DNA from: Hydrolagus colliei | Lineage: Eukaryota | Assembly: GCA_035084275.1 (NCBI GenBank) | Contig: CM068756.1 | Coordinates: forward strand, 8,060,001-8,124,000 | DNA length: 64,000 bases | Direction: 5' to 3' | Shown: positions 38,370-51,674 of the stretch, piece by piece | Numbering within the stretch: position 1 is the stretch's first letter | Layout: every line of letters begins with the position of its first letter | Position numbers and translations under genes: made by a program | Notes under the pieces: model-generated | What the model was told of the DNA's origin: nothing | What the model saw: only the letters and a program-made list of their open reading frames with translations | The model's database searches: none

Positions 38370-40749
38370 TGAGATCAGGAGAAAAGTAAAGTCTGTGATT
38401 CTTTCTCCAAGAATCTCCAATAAGGTCAGGTGGTAATGAAGCATCAGAATTCTAAAACAATTTGTGATTTAACTTAATTTGTTATCTTTATTCTTATATC
38501 AAAATTACATCTGCAATGCAGGGGATGTGGATTAAATGCATTGTGCTGTCAATTCATTCTATAAATCTGTCATAGGTATATACTGATCAATAAGCAACAC
38601 TTATATTGTGCACGGATATCTGACTGGGGATTAACATTAAGCGCATGATATGATGGGAATGTGCAGATATTAATCATCTATCCGCTCAATATCTAATTCA
38701 TTTATACCCTTTCTATTTCCAATGAAAGAACTGGGAATTGGGAGATAAACAGGGCTTGGTAAGTGCTACAGTGTGTGGACACCGAGCGGTTATGCATTAC
38801 CTTTTGTGAACCTTTAATATATGGCAACAAATCATATGCATCATGTTACCAGCAGGTCACCCAGGGTGGGTATGGCACATATTAAATAGCTATTGAAATT
38901 CGCAATATTTCTCACTTGGTGAAATTAAGCCATCTAAAGCCTGAAGTAAAATCAATATCATATTTTAAAACAGGGTACATATTGTTCTGAACATTTTCAA
39001 ACTGTTGCACAACTTCAGAACGAGGGTGGAAAAGAAACTTCATGTTGCAAAATTCAATAAGCAAAATTGACCCTGTATATTAAAGAAACTAAACCCTCTT
39101 ATATAGATTCCAACGGAGATGGCAAGTGGAGAGAGGGTATCCAGACAATGTGGATAAAACACTATCCACTGTAACAGACTCAGAATCATCTTGCCCTACC
39201 TTGGCTGTACGAAGACACCATCTGCTGCAGCGAGCTGGCAGACACAGAGAAGCAGTGACATCTGACACCATATCATAGAGGTGGGAAGTGTAAGTACTAA
39301 TCATTAGATTACAATAAAAGTAATTTTTTTCCCCTGACACAATTCCCTTGAGACCCAAGTGTTGATGAAATCAGACATACAATGAAAATAGTTGAATTAA
39401 GGTGATCTGTGAGCACCTATACAATGCCATGCCTCGCTGGTTTCTTTGGCTATCTATTACTTAACATTGTTGAATACAATGATGCAATTTCGTCACATGA
39501 ACTGGATGGTAGGTGAGTGACAGAGAGCAGATATTGCAGTCTATTGATTGCTGACCCTGTCCCACATATAATTACAATGCGTTATGTGTAGATCTCGAAA
39601 CTACAGTTGATCTACATTGAACTGACATGCTGACAAAAATATATTGTCCACTTTATATACAATATGTTTTCAATGCCATTCTTCCATCGTTGTAGCTCAG
39701 ATGACATTTTTGTGGCTCACACAAATTAATTTTAGGGACATCAAGAAAAATGTATTATTACAGTTCTCCTGAATACAGCATCTACTCCGCACAAACCATT
39801 TAAAGTCTCTTTTTTTTGTAATACGTAAGCCTTTAACAGGAGCTCGTGAAACAGCATAGCAAGAAAAACAATGTTTGCTGCAATCCCTTTCTAGGATTTC
39901 GGATTAAAATGCTTGATCGGAAGCACGGTAAGGTTTCGAAAACAACCACCCAAATCAATGTGTGCCATTGACTATCTCAGAGAATGCCCTTAAACATTTT
40001 CTACAAACTATTTTAAAAGGGGATTTAATGCAGCTGAAGCTTATTGATGAGAATATAGGCAAAGCTAATAGACCAAAGTGTAAAATGTATTGCTAAATTT
40101 CCTGGGCATGAAATTAGTCATAGAGCGTGCTGTATACATACAGGACTGTTGGAACTGAATAGCAGTTCTTCCTAATGTATCTCAATTTACTGCACATCCT
40201 TTTTTGGCTTATTTTTGCAGCTGAGCCTCTAACCATGAGGATAACGCAATTGGTGCTCCAGGCTTCTCAACTTTGCCAGTATTGTCACTGAATTTGCTGA
40301 TGGAAGGAATTCCCAGTGAGACATAACTGAGCTAAGCTCTGTACAAACAGTCAACCAACAAAACAGTTGCTTCTTGGTGGGTTACATTCTTGTACAATCC
40401 AAAGGAAGGCTACAAAATCACAATCTATGGAGTACGTAATCCCCAGTTTTACCTGGGGTTAGTTAGGAGATTGAGGGAGACCAGGTGATAGGAGGTCAGA
40501 TTTGTGACCATTAATGGAATCAATGACTGCATATTAGAAAGACACACCAATGGTAGCAGTAGGCTATTCAGCGCCATATCGTAACTTAGATGTTTCATTA
40601 TAAAAATACAAATTTTAACAATGATTTTAAGCTCCAACGGTGCAAAACGTCTTCCTCACAGTCTCTTGTTAAAGTTTATCTATAATTCCTCACTAACATC
40701 AGTTCTGAGGTACCCAGACCAAGGCGCATTTACTACTTAAGGGTGTTCG

Positions 40750-40853
40750 CCTAGAAAATATACAGTCATTGCACTTTACAGTAAATCCTGTGAAGTGCTT
40801 TGAGATGCCCTCTCAAAACGAAAGGTCCATATCAAATGCAACAGTAATTATTA
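40750..40853 (+). mobile_element. SINE 3' tail, (ATT)n type
   Basis: ATATACAGTC..CACTTTACAGTA..CTGTGAAGTGCTTTGAGATG..ATATCAAATGCAA. Confidence 0.7.
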
Positions 40854-41823
40854 TGAATTATAAAGCGCTTTATTTAAAGTGCTGTAATAGTACTTGAAGG
40901 ATAAAGCACAGAATTAAATACAATTATAAATCCATTTCAGTCGTTCGTTGTGCAAATATCACAGTTGACACTTTTTAATGTAATTTATGCCTTTGTACAG
41001 TAGCATGTAAACGGATTTGAGGTTCGTTACTTTGGAACAAGCTGAGAAATAGGCTCAGGAGGTGCATTTTTGTTTAAAAAAACAAAAAAATACATAAGGG
41101 GCCTGATTAAAATCTGTTGGAAATTCTATTCAACATCCCTTTGAAGCCAAAGATTACATTTATTTGATTACGAGAATAAACCATGACATTGAAGTAAAAT
41201 TTTTATATTTAGACCACCATCATCCCTATAGTGGAATGTGTTCCCAAGCATTTGATGGTACATACGATTGATTGTACATAGGATTGATTGTACAGTGGTA
41301 GTGTCTGGAATGAAGTAAAGGATTACACGTGTCAAAGAAAGTCAATAGTGTCTGTCTATGCAGTCCACATTTTGCTGTAAATCTGAAATTAAACATGCAG
41401 AGCAAAAAAAAAGCTAGTTCAAGGGAAAAGCCCTCCACAGGATAACTACAAAAGGAAAGACAGTTCCAAAAAGATATCTGAATATTCAGATTTAATCCTG
41501 GTTATAAAACAAAGGTTAATGGCTAATTAACCAATAAGGTGCCAAACAAGTTTGCTCTGTGAATAAATCCCAATCTTGTCTATACTGCTTTTTTTGACAT
41601 GATTCGTTCATTGATACAATGCTTTGGCATGAAATTGCGTGGTTAACTAGTGCAATTTGAAAGTGAATGGCATAGGAGCTTGGCCGCTGAAGAGGTGGTC
41701 TTGGAAGCACTTTGATTCTTATCTCTGCCGAATTAACACTTTGGTGCAACTAGTTTATGGCTCACTTCCACTATGCCTTTCAATGGATCTTGAATGATAC
41801 AAGGTCCTCAATGAACATTGTTA

Positions 41824-41887
41824 AAGTGCCTTGGGACATCCTCCTGACATGAAAGGCGCTTTAAAAAGGTAATTTTGTTGTTGTTGT
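41824..41887 (+). mobile_element. L2-type tail fragment, (GTT)n
   Basis: GTGCCTTGGGACATCCTCCTGACATGAAAGGCGCT..GTAATTTTGTTGTTGTTG. Confidence 0.85.
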
Positions 41888-43379
41888 AAAGGGAATTCAA
41901 TAGTACACATGAATAGAATTGCAACAAAAATTTGGAAATAATCATAGTCATATTTTGGACACAAAGAACAAAAGAAATGGGTAACCAAATCAAATATTAC
42001 AATGGCAAATAGTACTTACAGCCACTCTGAATTCAGTACTCTGATCTCCTTATTTGTTATAAATGTGGAAAAGGACATCACAAAGAAAATGGTCCCAAAC
42101 CTAATCTAAATGATAATCTCAAAGACTGGTGCAGGTTGGGACTTTGCCACCCCCACTGAATGAAACCTGAGGGTACAGCTCCCCACACTCGGTACCTGAT
42201 GTCATGCCTAAAGCCCCATTTACACCAGAGTATATAGATCTGGTTTCACAGTCAAGCGCAAATACATTGACTTCATGTTCAACTGAAATTAAACTGCGTG
42301 TTAGATTCACTGGTGAGAAAATTCTGATTTAAATTCTTCTTCATCTCCTGCTGTTACGCTGGACGTGCGACTGCATGCATCAGACAGGTAATTTCACACT
42401 GTCCGAACTGTATTTGATCTCTCAGAGTAAATGGGCTTTAAGCCTCCAACCTTGCAGACGGTACTCTGAGGGTTAACTGACAGGGAGCTCCACCAGCTCA
42501 GGAAGATAAATCACAGTTGCTTGAAGTCAGCCGACAGCGATTTAAGCTGTTGCAATCATTGTAATCACCTAGGGGGTTCTTCTTTTATCTTACTAAACGC
42601 AAAAGCATATCAGGAATAGGTAATATCAGCTAGCTGTCAAGAGTGTAGCTTTTTACATAAATAACAGCTGCATTATGTAAATTCTGTTGACAAAATGTAA
42701 TAAAACAAAACATTTCAAATATGACCATTCCCTGATGCATTACTTCACCTCAACGTACTCACTTATAGTGTGCATATGAGATTATATTGTTTGCTTTCAT
42801 CTGTCAGAAATCAATATTTCAAACAACCGATAAGAGAGGAAATTGAACTGGGAATAGACTGGAGTGCTGTAAAACTACAAAGCACAATTATCAAAAAGCA
42901 CTTAAGGTATTTAATAGGATACAAGTATAAAAATGCTGAAATTAATGTCTGGAAAGTATAATGAGAACTTTTTCCACACTTTTCGATCACAACCTACTAT
43001 AACCCAGCAAAGCCCAATCTGTCAATACAATTCACGAAGATTATCACCCAGCAGACAGTTAGCAGCTGGTTCTCCTGAACTGTCAGTTATGGTGGGATTC
43101 ATTTCTCAATTTTGTTTCACAAACAAATACTGCTTTCCAGGTGCAAGAATCTTTTTGGTATTTTAATACATTTGATAAAGCAGCTTTTAATGATCTTTTC
43201 CTTCAGATGTTTTCGACTCCAGAAATTGGAACCTAATTAACAGGGATGCGAGACCTGTGGTTTCTATTTGAGAAATGGTGGAATCATATAACCACTGATA
43301 CCCAATTGCACCTGCAAGAAACGCTCACATTACTACGCAGCTCGGTATAATGTACATGGGAATTAGTGTAGCACAAAAT

Positions 43380-43737
43380 GGAGTCCCATAGCGTAGTGGT
43401 TAGCATGCTTTCCTCACAAGCGAGAGGGCTTAGATTCAATTCCCGGGCGAGGTGAAACCTTAGGCAAGTTTCCTTACTCCACTCGCCTCAGTTTACTTAG
43501 TGGTAGGTGGGAATCCTTGCTGGTCGATTGGCGGATCGCCTTCAGGGGTAATAATGTCTCAAACAAAACCAAAAAATAAATTGGGTGACTCAAACCATGA
43601 CTGTTTGCGAGACACTGCTGTGTGTAATTGGCTGCCACATTTCTCCCACAAAACATAGAGACAATCCACTTTACAATGAAACGCTTCAAGGCGTCTCAAT
43701 GACATGATATACAAGGATTATTATTAGTAGTAGTATT
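43380..43737 (+). mobile_element. Full-length tRNA-derived SINE (tRNA-Val-like head, (ATT)n tail)
   Basis: Pol III A box TAGCGTAGTGG (43389-43399), B-box-like GATTCAATTCC (43433-43443), GAAACCTTAGGCAAGTTTCCTTACTCCAC, GACACTGCTGTG block, CAAGGATTATTATTA tail. Confidence 0.85.
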
Positions 43738-43879
43738 AAAATTTGAGTCAAGTTATGATCAGTTTGGTGCTGTGGAGTGTGCTAAGTCAAAACTAAGTCA
43801 AGAATTTAACGTAAAGCCTCTTGGAGCTGGAAAGAGAAAATTTGCATCTATTAGATTTAAAAAATTGGTCATTTCAATG

Positions 43880-44035
43880 CATGACTGTTTGTGGGATACT
43901 GCTGTGCAAAATTGGCTGCTGTGTTTTGTCCAAAAATTCTGTGAAGTAAATTCTATGAAGTGCTTTGAGACGTCTAGAAGCACTATATCAAATGCAAAGA
44001 TTATTATTAGTATTATTATTATTTTTATTATTATA
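43880..44035 (+). mobile_element. SINE 3' half, (ATT)n type
   Basis: GGGATACTGCTGTGCAAAATTGGCTGC..GAAGTGCTTTGAGACGTCTAGAAG..ATCAAATGCAAAG(ATT)n. Confidence 0.85.
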
Positions 44036-46383
44036 TTCAGTTAATTCAAACCCAGCTAGCTCTAAGTGATGGAATGAACACATTCAAAATCACCGCAATC
44101 CCACAGTTTCCTAAACGCTAACACATTTCTACTAATATATCAAGGTGCAAATATCCTGCCTCAGTCAGTCCGACCATTTAGGAATAAATATGAGGCAATT
44201 ACCTATATCTACTGGACAATAAAGAGCTTTTATACATGTTAATTTACCAACAAGCATGAATGAAGTGATTCAATAGCATATTATGTAAAATAAAAAATCA
44301 TAATTTGAAGTGTGTTACAAGACAGGAAAGTAGTTTGATTTAAAATGCAATGGCATGCATTGTGGGGCCTCTTTTACTATATTAATATCAGTTGTTTTTC
44401 ACATGGCAGGGTGCAAGGCTAGGAACGTATCACTCAAATGCTTTGTACACTGGAGGCATCATCTATGTGGACTAGAAACAGTAAATGCATTGTGAAACAT
44501 GAAACTAAGCTGCTACCCTCTGAACTTGGGACAACTAATTTTTAATGATTGTAAATTCAAATAGGATGTCCTTTCTCTATTTGGAAAAGGTTGACACTTA
44601 CAGTTGCCACACACAGAATGAGCTTTTGCCATAACAGCAGGCCGAAAACACTCTAGTATTGTCCCTTACTTATAAGCTACAGAAGATCAAAGTAACCTAT
44701 TTTTGATTTCACATCGACTACCTTCAGGTTACAGTTATTTCTTGCTCATTTGTCTACAAAATGGTCACTACAGATCACAGTAAATCCTATGAAGCGCTCT
44801 GTGATGTCCTCCTAACCTGAGAGATGTTATGTCACACTTAATTCTATATATTTGCAGTGGCAAGTTAAGGTTAGAATTGTACATTTGGTGTAAAATATGT
44901 AGGTTTTTATATTGTTGTTTCACTACAAGGTCCTGACGATTCGCTTCAGATCTAATTATTAAAAGTCTCCTCTCTCTGCGGTCTGCAACGGGTCTGACTT
45001 GAAATGAGTTTGGATATTTCCAAAACTAACTGCATACAGATGCACTGAAGAAACGTGTCATTGATTTGACATTACTGCATCTGAATCTGAATATATATCC
45101 GGCAGATTTGTGAAGTAATCGCATCTCTCTGAGAGATGAGGCACTAATACCCCACTTCAAATACATTTTAATTGCACACAAGACAAAAATAGTGCAAAAT
45201 CGTCAGTGGTCTGATTTAGTTTGTTCTGCCCGATAATAATTGGTTTCAATGATAAGTTATGACTCATCATTACATCAGTAGCAGCTTGTATATGTATTGA
45301 CAGTCAGAATGCACAAACACTACACTACTATATTACCGACTATTAGTTTAATGGAGCTTGTTCTATAGATTCTCAAAGGGCTGCCTTTTTTCTCTTCAGT
45401 TCCGCAACAGCAATGGTTTCAATCTTTGACAAAGTGATATTTTTCACAGTTCATTACAAGGTGTGTCCTGATGTCGCTGCTCAGCACCTGGCTCACGGGA
45501 TATCGGGTTTACATGTCACAACAGCTGACAACCTAGTGGCAGTGTGGGTACATCTGGCAGTGCTAACATTCATGCTGTTGCACATAAGGAGATCATTCAA
45601 TGTGTCCCCTGCTGTCACTGCAGCAGTTTTTCATCACCTCAACCATTTGTTAAGGTTTTACTTAATTTATTTAATGGAAGAAGCGTACAAGACGTAGCAA
45701 AGGAAAAGAGGAAAAAAGATATGATCTATTTGTGTTGTAGCTGCAGCTATTGAAACAAGCTCAATTACTATTAAATTATATTTGCCTGCTGTCAAAACAA
45801 TAGATTTGGGTTATAAATAAATGATTTTGCGAATGTACTGGGATGACAACCTTATGGCATTGATAGTTTCAGATGAAACCAGCTACCCACAGCTATCTCT
45901 TTAACTTACCCTGCAGCCCATACTAACCAGCAAGCAATCTAAATAATCTGTTTACCAGTTATTGTTTCTCCACACTGACAAACTCTTCATAGAAATGTGC
46001 ATTTCATTTTCTTGCAGATAGAATCTTACCATCGATAATTTGTTTTTAAAAGTAAGTTAACATTTTACTGTTTTCATTGCCCCGCTTAATTTTTTTAAAA
46101 ACAGGAACAATTTTGACAAAACTTTGAATGTTGAATATTAGAAACAAAGTGAAGGGTTCCAGAGAGGATTAACTGGAAATTACAAGAGCAGCCAATCCAC
46201 CAATTCTCACCTTCAGAAGAAGACAAGGCATGCCTCAAGGCATACACACAAACCATACAAGATGAAGGGATTGCTGGCTTCGGCCAGTTGGGAAGGGACA
46301 TTACATTGCAAAAAAAACATGGCTACAGTAACATTAGGATCTATTAGCAAGCTTTTATTTAAAAAACGTTATTCATCTAAAAA

Positions 46384-47177
46384 TAATCCTTGCATTTGAT
46401 ATAGTGCCTCATCGTGTTGGGAAGTCACAAAGTGCTTCTCAGAATACACTGTAAAGAGGATTGACTATTTTGTGAGCAAAATGCAGTGGCCAGTTACACA
46501 TAGCAATGTATCACAAACAGCCATGGAGTGAGTGATCAATTTTATTTGAGGGATTGTTGGATTGCATATAAGGGGAAAATGCACTTCCTCTTTTGAATAG
46601 TGCCATGGGATCTTTAACGTCAGCACATCTCCAGCACCACATTGGGATGTTAGCTTAGACCAGGGGTCGGCAACCCATGGCCCGCAGGCCACATCTGGCC
46701 TGCAGAGAGATTCCACCCGGTCCACCATGAGCCTGCCACGCGAGTGGTGAGTGTAATAGCGAGCAGTGCGAGGGCTGAATGTTCGGTCGTCAACTGTCCG
46801 GGTGAGTTCACTAACCCTGAGGGAGCGGCCGCGAGCGAGCTGGAGGACGACAGATGGAAGGTAAGTCAGGCAGCGGCAGGGAGTCACAGGGCTGGTCTCC
46901 CGGAGATTGCGGCCAGCGGTAGCCAGACGGGTCCCGGGGATCTGAGCTGCGAGAGCTAGAGACAGGGCCAGGGACCAGCCGGTAGCTGTAGGCCGGGTGT
47001 CTTGGGGCTGAGGTCTCGGGGCCCGAGCGGAGACCATTACCAAGCTCAGGAGGAGCCGCCATTTGGGGCTTTCGGATTTTCCTGCCGAGTTCCTCCTCCA
47101 TGGCATCACATCCGCCCGCCCACAATAGGTGAAAGGTTGCCAACCACTGGCTTAGACTATGTGATTCCAAGTCCCTT
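46384..47177 (-). mobile_element. Deu-domain SINE interrupted by a hAT MITE
   Basis: TAATCCTTGCATTTG tail, GAATAGTGCCATGGGATCTTTAACGTC core, GTTAGCTTAGAC|insertion|TATGTGATTCCAAGTCCC continuation. Confidence 0.8.
46661..47149. mobile_element. Non-autonomous hAT (Charlie-like) DNA transposon / MITE, 489 bp
   Basis: TIRs CAGGGGTCGGCAACC (46661-46675) and GGTTGCCAACCACTG (47135-47149; 13/15 match); perfect 8-bp TSD GCTTAGAC (46653-46660, 47150-47157); GC/CpG-rich interior. Confidence 0.95.
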
Positions 47178-47792
47178 CAAATCCCTCTATTACTAACATA
47201 GGATTGGTTTCTGCAAGTTGCAGCGCAGCGTGAAAACGTACTGCCCTGTACTAACATCAGAAGCAGGACTCTGGTTTAATGCAATGTATGAAATAACTTT
47301 AAGATGTGGAGAAACAAATGTACAGTGACAGCCATTCATAATCACAGAGCACTTGGTACTTGATCTTTCAGTGTGTTTTTTGGGGAGACATTTAGTGTGA
47401 AAATCAGCATTTCCTCCCATCAGATGCGGAGCGGACGCAGGCTAAACAAATTGGAGATGGAACTGTGAACAGAGCTATAATTAATTTGATCCTAAATATT
47501 ATGTGGACCTCCTTTGTCTGCCCTGGTCCCAGATAATATGTACTTCAGGCCTGCCTCCACTGCCTCCTCTGCTTTCAACAATTCAGGAACTGCAAATGCT
47601 CAGGGCAGGAGAAATGGATTTGTTTTCCAATCATTTCATTTCAAATATGTTTGACCTGAACTCTAAAACAAAGGAGAAAATCCAGATCATAGCTTTCCAT
47701 AACTGCACTATGGATGATACAACTGATGGATACACAGAATAATTCGGTTCCGACAATGACTCACAGTGATGCGTTCAAAACAGCTCTAATAG

Positions 47793-48141
47793 GCAAATAG
47801 AGAAAAACTATTTCCACTCGTGGGCGAATCTGTGACTCGTGGTCACAGATTTAAAATAGGTTCAAGGCGAAGTAGAGGGGAGCTGAGGAGAAATTTTTTC
47901 ACTCAGCGAGTTGTTCGAATCTGGAATGCATTGCCTGAAAAGGTGGTGGAGGCTGATTCGATAACAACTTTTAAAAGGGAATTAGATCTTTATTTAGGGA
48001 GAACAGGTCTATTAGGCTATGGGGAGCGGGCAGGGCAGTGGGATTGAATCGCTCTTTTCAAAGAGCCGGCACAGACTAGATGGGCCGAATGGCCTCCTTT
48101 TGTGCCGTAAAATTCTATGAATCTATAAATCTATGAATCTA
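47793..48141 (+). mobile_element. CR1 LINE 3' fragment (young subfamily)
   Basis: Intact frame GESVTRGHRFKI..RRNFFTQRVVRIWNALPEKVVEADSITTFKRELD; GATGGGCCGAATGGCCTCC; 8-bp tail repeats; possible TSD TAATAG (47787-47792, 48142-48147). Confidence 0.95.
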
Positions 48142-49384
48142 TAATAGCTAAAAGTGGAAAGTGAACACAGCCTCAGAGCACAATACATCTGTAACACTTC
48201 GGAAAATGCACACAGCATTTGTTACAACTGCGCAATAGAATTTTTTTGTCAATTTGTCATGTTACTTATTAAAGTATAGAATCAAGAAGATGTGTAGAAA
48301 TGAGAGAGCGCTTCAAATGCTAAATTATTTCTTATTTCAAAGCAATTTTGAAATGAAGTAAAGCAGTCATATTGCATGGGAAATTCAATTAACCATTTGT
48401 ATCCGGGAAGATCTTATCAGCTGCCAGAAATACAAATGGCACTTGGCATTTCTTTCATACGCACCAAACATTACTTGATTAGCATTACTGATCATCAAAA
48501 TCATAACATAAAATAGAAGAAAAGGAAAGAGAATAGATGCAGTATTATATAAACTACTTTACAATGGGAGTATTGTTGCATAAATAATGCACAACTAGAA
48601 GGATTAACTCTTAAATGTGTTAAGTCTCATCAGAAAACAACACGGATATCTTTACATATGCTCCTTCCATACTTTTAGTAGAGAATCACGAAATACTAGT
48701 CAGTAGCTGTCATCACAACTTATAATGAATGAATACATTTCAGAAAAAATAATTTCACACTCCCACTCGGTTGATGTAGATCTTGAATAATTATGCATAT
48801 TTGCATACATCAAGAATAAATATAGTCTTATTACTGAGTCTGTGTAATAATCCACATAATTTGTAACTTTTGAGAAGTTATGATTGCACAATCTATTCAG
48901 ATATTTGCTGGAAAATTGCACTACAAGTATCTAGGCCATAGACAACACAACTCTAGTTAACTTAACATGTGAGATCCAACTGTGTTCAGTTAAAGATAAC
49001 CACCTACTTGACAATTAATTTCCTTACTGATGAAAATATTACAATTACTGTGTAAAGCATAACTTTTTTCTAAGATGCCACAGGAGAAGGCAACCAATCA
49101 TTTACTAATGCTGTTTAACCCTGTGGTTTGGCATAATGAAGTTCAATCGTTTCTATAAACATTATGCCTTTCATTACATCAAACGACTTGCAGTTATTTA
49201 AAAAGTTGCAATTTATGTCAGCAATAATATTTTATTTCTTTTGTGAGTTGATAGGTTATTTAAAAAAAAATCAAACCCAAGGTGTAAGAAATGATTCAAA
49301 GTAGAGCAACAATAATGTTACCGGTTCACAAATCAATAAGATACAATGGCAGCTAAAATCAGTCCTCACTGGAATAAAAGACCA

Positions 49385-49505
49385 GGAAAGGGGAGATTTG
49401 ATGCAAGTTGTTTTAAAATCATGAAGGGAGCAGATGTGTTGAAATTATTGTTATTTATAGTAATAAACCGGAAGAATGAAAACTAGGAGTCGGAAGTATA
49501 AAGAA
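49385..49505 (+). mobile_element. Degenerate CR1 ORF2 fragment
   Basis: AGGGGAGATTTGATGCAAGT..AAAATCATGAAGGG resembles the RGDLI..KIMKG motif. Confidence 0.5.
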
Positions 49506-50544
49506 ACCTTGGGATAAATGTGATTTATGCTGTAACTATGTCACACTTAAGAAATTATGCAAAGAAACTATGCCAAAGTTTAAATGCACCATATACATTA
49601 ATCTATACAGTATGAGATAGATGTGTGGGGGGGTGAATGCAAAGATGCACAAAAGGTTTGAAGACAACACAAATGTAAACGAGGTGGGGGAGTGGGGGAG
49701 CACTTAATGAAGGATCAGAGAAGAGGAAACCACAAACAAAGTTACATATACTGTAAACTGGTGAACGCTTTTTTGTTTCCTGCTCCCCTAAGGTAGAACA
49801 TAATTTGCGCAAAACATATTGACTAATCTTGTCCTTAAAGGAGTGGAACATCAATATTTCCAAACATATTCCTACGTATTCAAATTCTGTTACCAGTGAA
49901 ACAAACAATACTTACAGAAACACATAAAGGAGCATAACACTGTGAGCTATGAATAATCAACCACCAGTTAAAGCAAATTAAAATTGAATTTATTTAATTG
50001 GATAGCTTTCTAGTGCATAGCTGCATCCAGACTAATTTATCCTTTGAAAGCGAAACTAAATAGCCACATAAAGGCCCAAGAAGAGATTCACTTTAGACAC
50101 TACACTGCTTGCTGTCTCTGTCAGGAAGCAAAAAGACTAATGGGGACTAGTGCATCTGGGCAACATAAGAGCTGGCTGGGAGGCCCTAAATCTTCTTTCA
50201 CGTCACTGCCTCCTGTATCTTAGGAGTGATGTTCTAACCCCGTGACGATGAATGCCTGTGGATCACGGAAGAGAGAACAATTAAAATAATTTATTTTTAC
50301 TTTTGTAGGACAAAGGCCAGATGGTTGATGCCATGGAGGTTAAGACAAGCAGTTGCTCTTCTATTTTATGTATGATTTGTGATATCGGGCGAGATATCGG
50401 ATCAGATGCAAGGATTATTCCAACACAATCGCACAAAAGAAAACACATATTTATAATCCCTAAAAGAACATGAACAATTATTGCATAGCAAGACTTAAGG
50501 TAAATAATTTTTTACAAAGCAAATGTTGCATTGTTATGATAACA

Positions 50545-50632
50545 ATCATTGCATTTTGATACAGTGCTTTTCATATCTTCTAGACGTCTCAAAACACTTC
50601 ACCGAATGTACTGTAAAGTGAATTGACTGTAG
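50545..50632 (-). mobile_element. SINE 3' tail, (ATT)n type
   Basis: TTGCATTTTGATACAGTGCTTTTCATATCTTCTAGACGTCTCAAAACACTTCAC..ACTGTAAAGTGAATTGACTG. Confidence 0.85.
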
Positions 50633-51674
50633 ATTTAATTCTACAGCATTCATTTTTTGTTGTAGATTGTTTATGTTCTTAAATTACATGTAAATACTGA
50701 ATTATTATTCCTAATTTATTCACAATATTAATTATTCCAAATTATTCCACTGGTATCGTTTTTGTTAAATCTGAAATCACCTAGTTATATAAACTTCAGA
50801 TGAACTTTAGGTAGACCATCATCATGAATTTGCTTTCTCAACTGCTGTTATGACAAATGTTTACTGTGTTCTTATTCTCAACAGCATCCCATTAATAGTT
50901 TGGACAGAAAATAGATCAAAGCGTATGAATTACTGTGCTGCAACTAGGATGAACAAAGTTGCTTTTGCTATTAGCTCAGATTGGTATGTCAGTCACTCCC
51001 AAAAAATATTGCAGACTGATAAAACTGCATAGTAAGGAATAAATTCAATAGTTTTCAGTGTCAATTCAAAACATATTTAAATGCACAGAGTGCTAATTGG
51101 TTAGCTCTTACATTGATTTGTTTTGTTGATTAAGATATCTGCGGCAAGTGAAACTGGTGCATTCAGTATTATTTTTCCTTAATCAATTGAAAGATTACCA
51201 TTATCAATGACAGAACTGCAGACCTGTGGCAGATTTCATATGAAGAGCTGACAGCATTAATTGGACAAGGACACCAAAGTCTAGAGAAGCATAAATGTTC
51301 TGCCCCGGTTACTCTCTGTACTGAGCTGCTGAGGGATAACTCTAATTTGTGGTTACAGTATTTCCTTTTATGGAAACTAGAAGCTTGTTACACAATCTAT
51401 TGTTCCTAATAGGATTTCTGCTGGTGGTACAGTACTTCTGATTACACAAAAGGTCACACTCCTTAATTAAGGAATCCTCACATTAATACACCCCTCTATT
51501 AAATCAGAGCTGAAATTGTATTTTGTTGTTACATGGTCATAAATATTCTAAGTAAGGAGATTGAGTTAATCTATGCTAATAATAAACTAGAGGCACAACA
51601 ATTATAGATCTCAACATTGATTATGTGTGATCCATGATCAGGCTATTAATAATTTATGAGCATTAACCACTTAC

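Noticed and set aside
39344-39365. TCCCTTGAGACCCAAGTGTTGA resembling miR-125/lin-4
   Set aside because: Insertion in the seed and no complementary arm to form a pre-miRNA hairpin
41476-41491. Perfect 16-bp palindrome ATCTGAATATTCAGAT
   Set aside because: About one such palindrome is expected by chance in 64 kb of AT-rich DNA
42119-42310. Minus-strand peptide HEVNVFALDCETRSIYSGVNG, vaguely WD40-like
   Set aside because: Similarity is superficial, donor sites are weak, and phase does not fit the preferred frame of the other exon candidates
43380-43450. tRNA gene (also 53430-53502, 58370-58450)
   Set aside because: A/B boxes are followed by the shared SINE body; no intact acceptor stem or oligo-T terminator, so these are SINE heads
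46465-47196. 214-aa and other long ORFs
   Set aside because: Arise from stop-codon scarcity in the GC-rich MITE and cross its boundary; no transposase motifs
50190-50285. Strong minus-strand splice acceptor (TTGTTCTCTCTTCCGTGATCCACAG|G)
   Set aside because: All three frames stop within ~55 nt and no good donor follows
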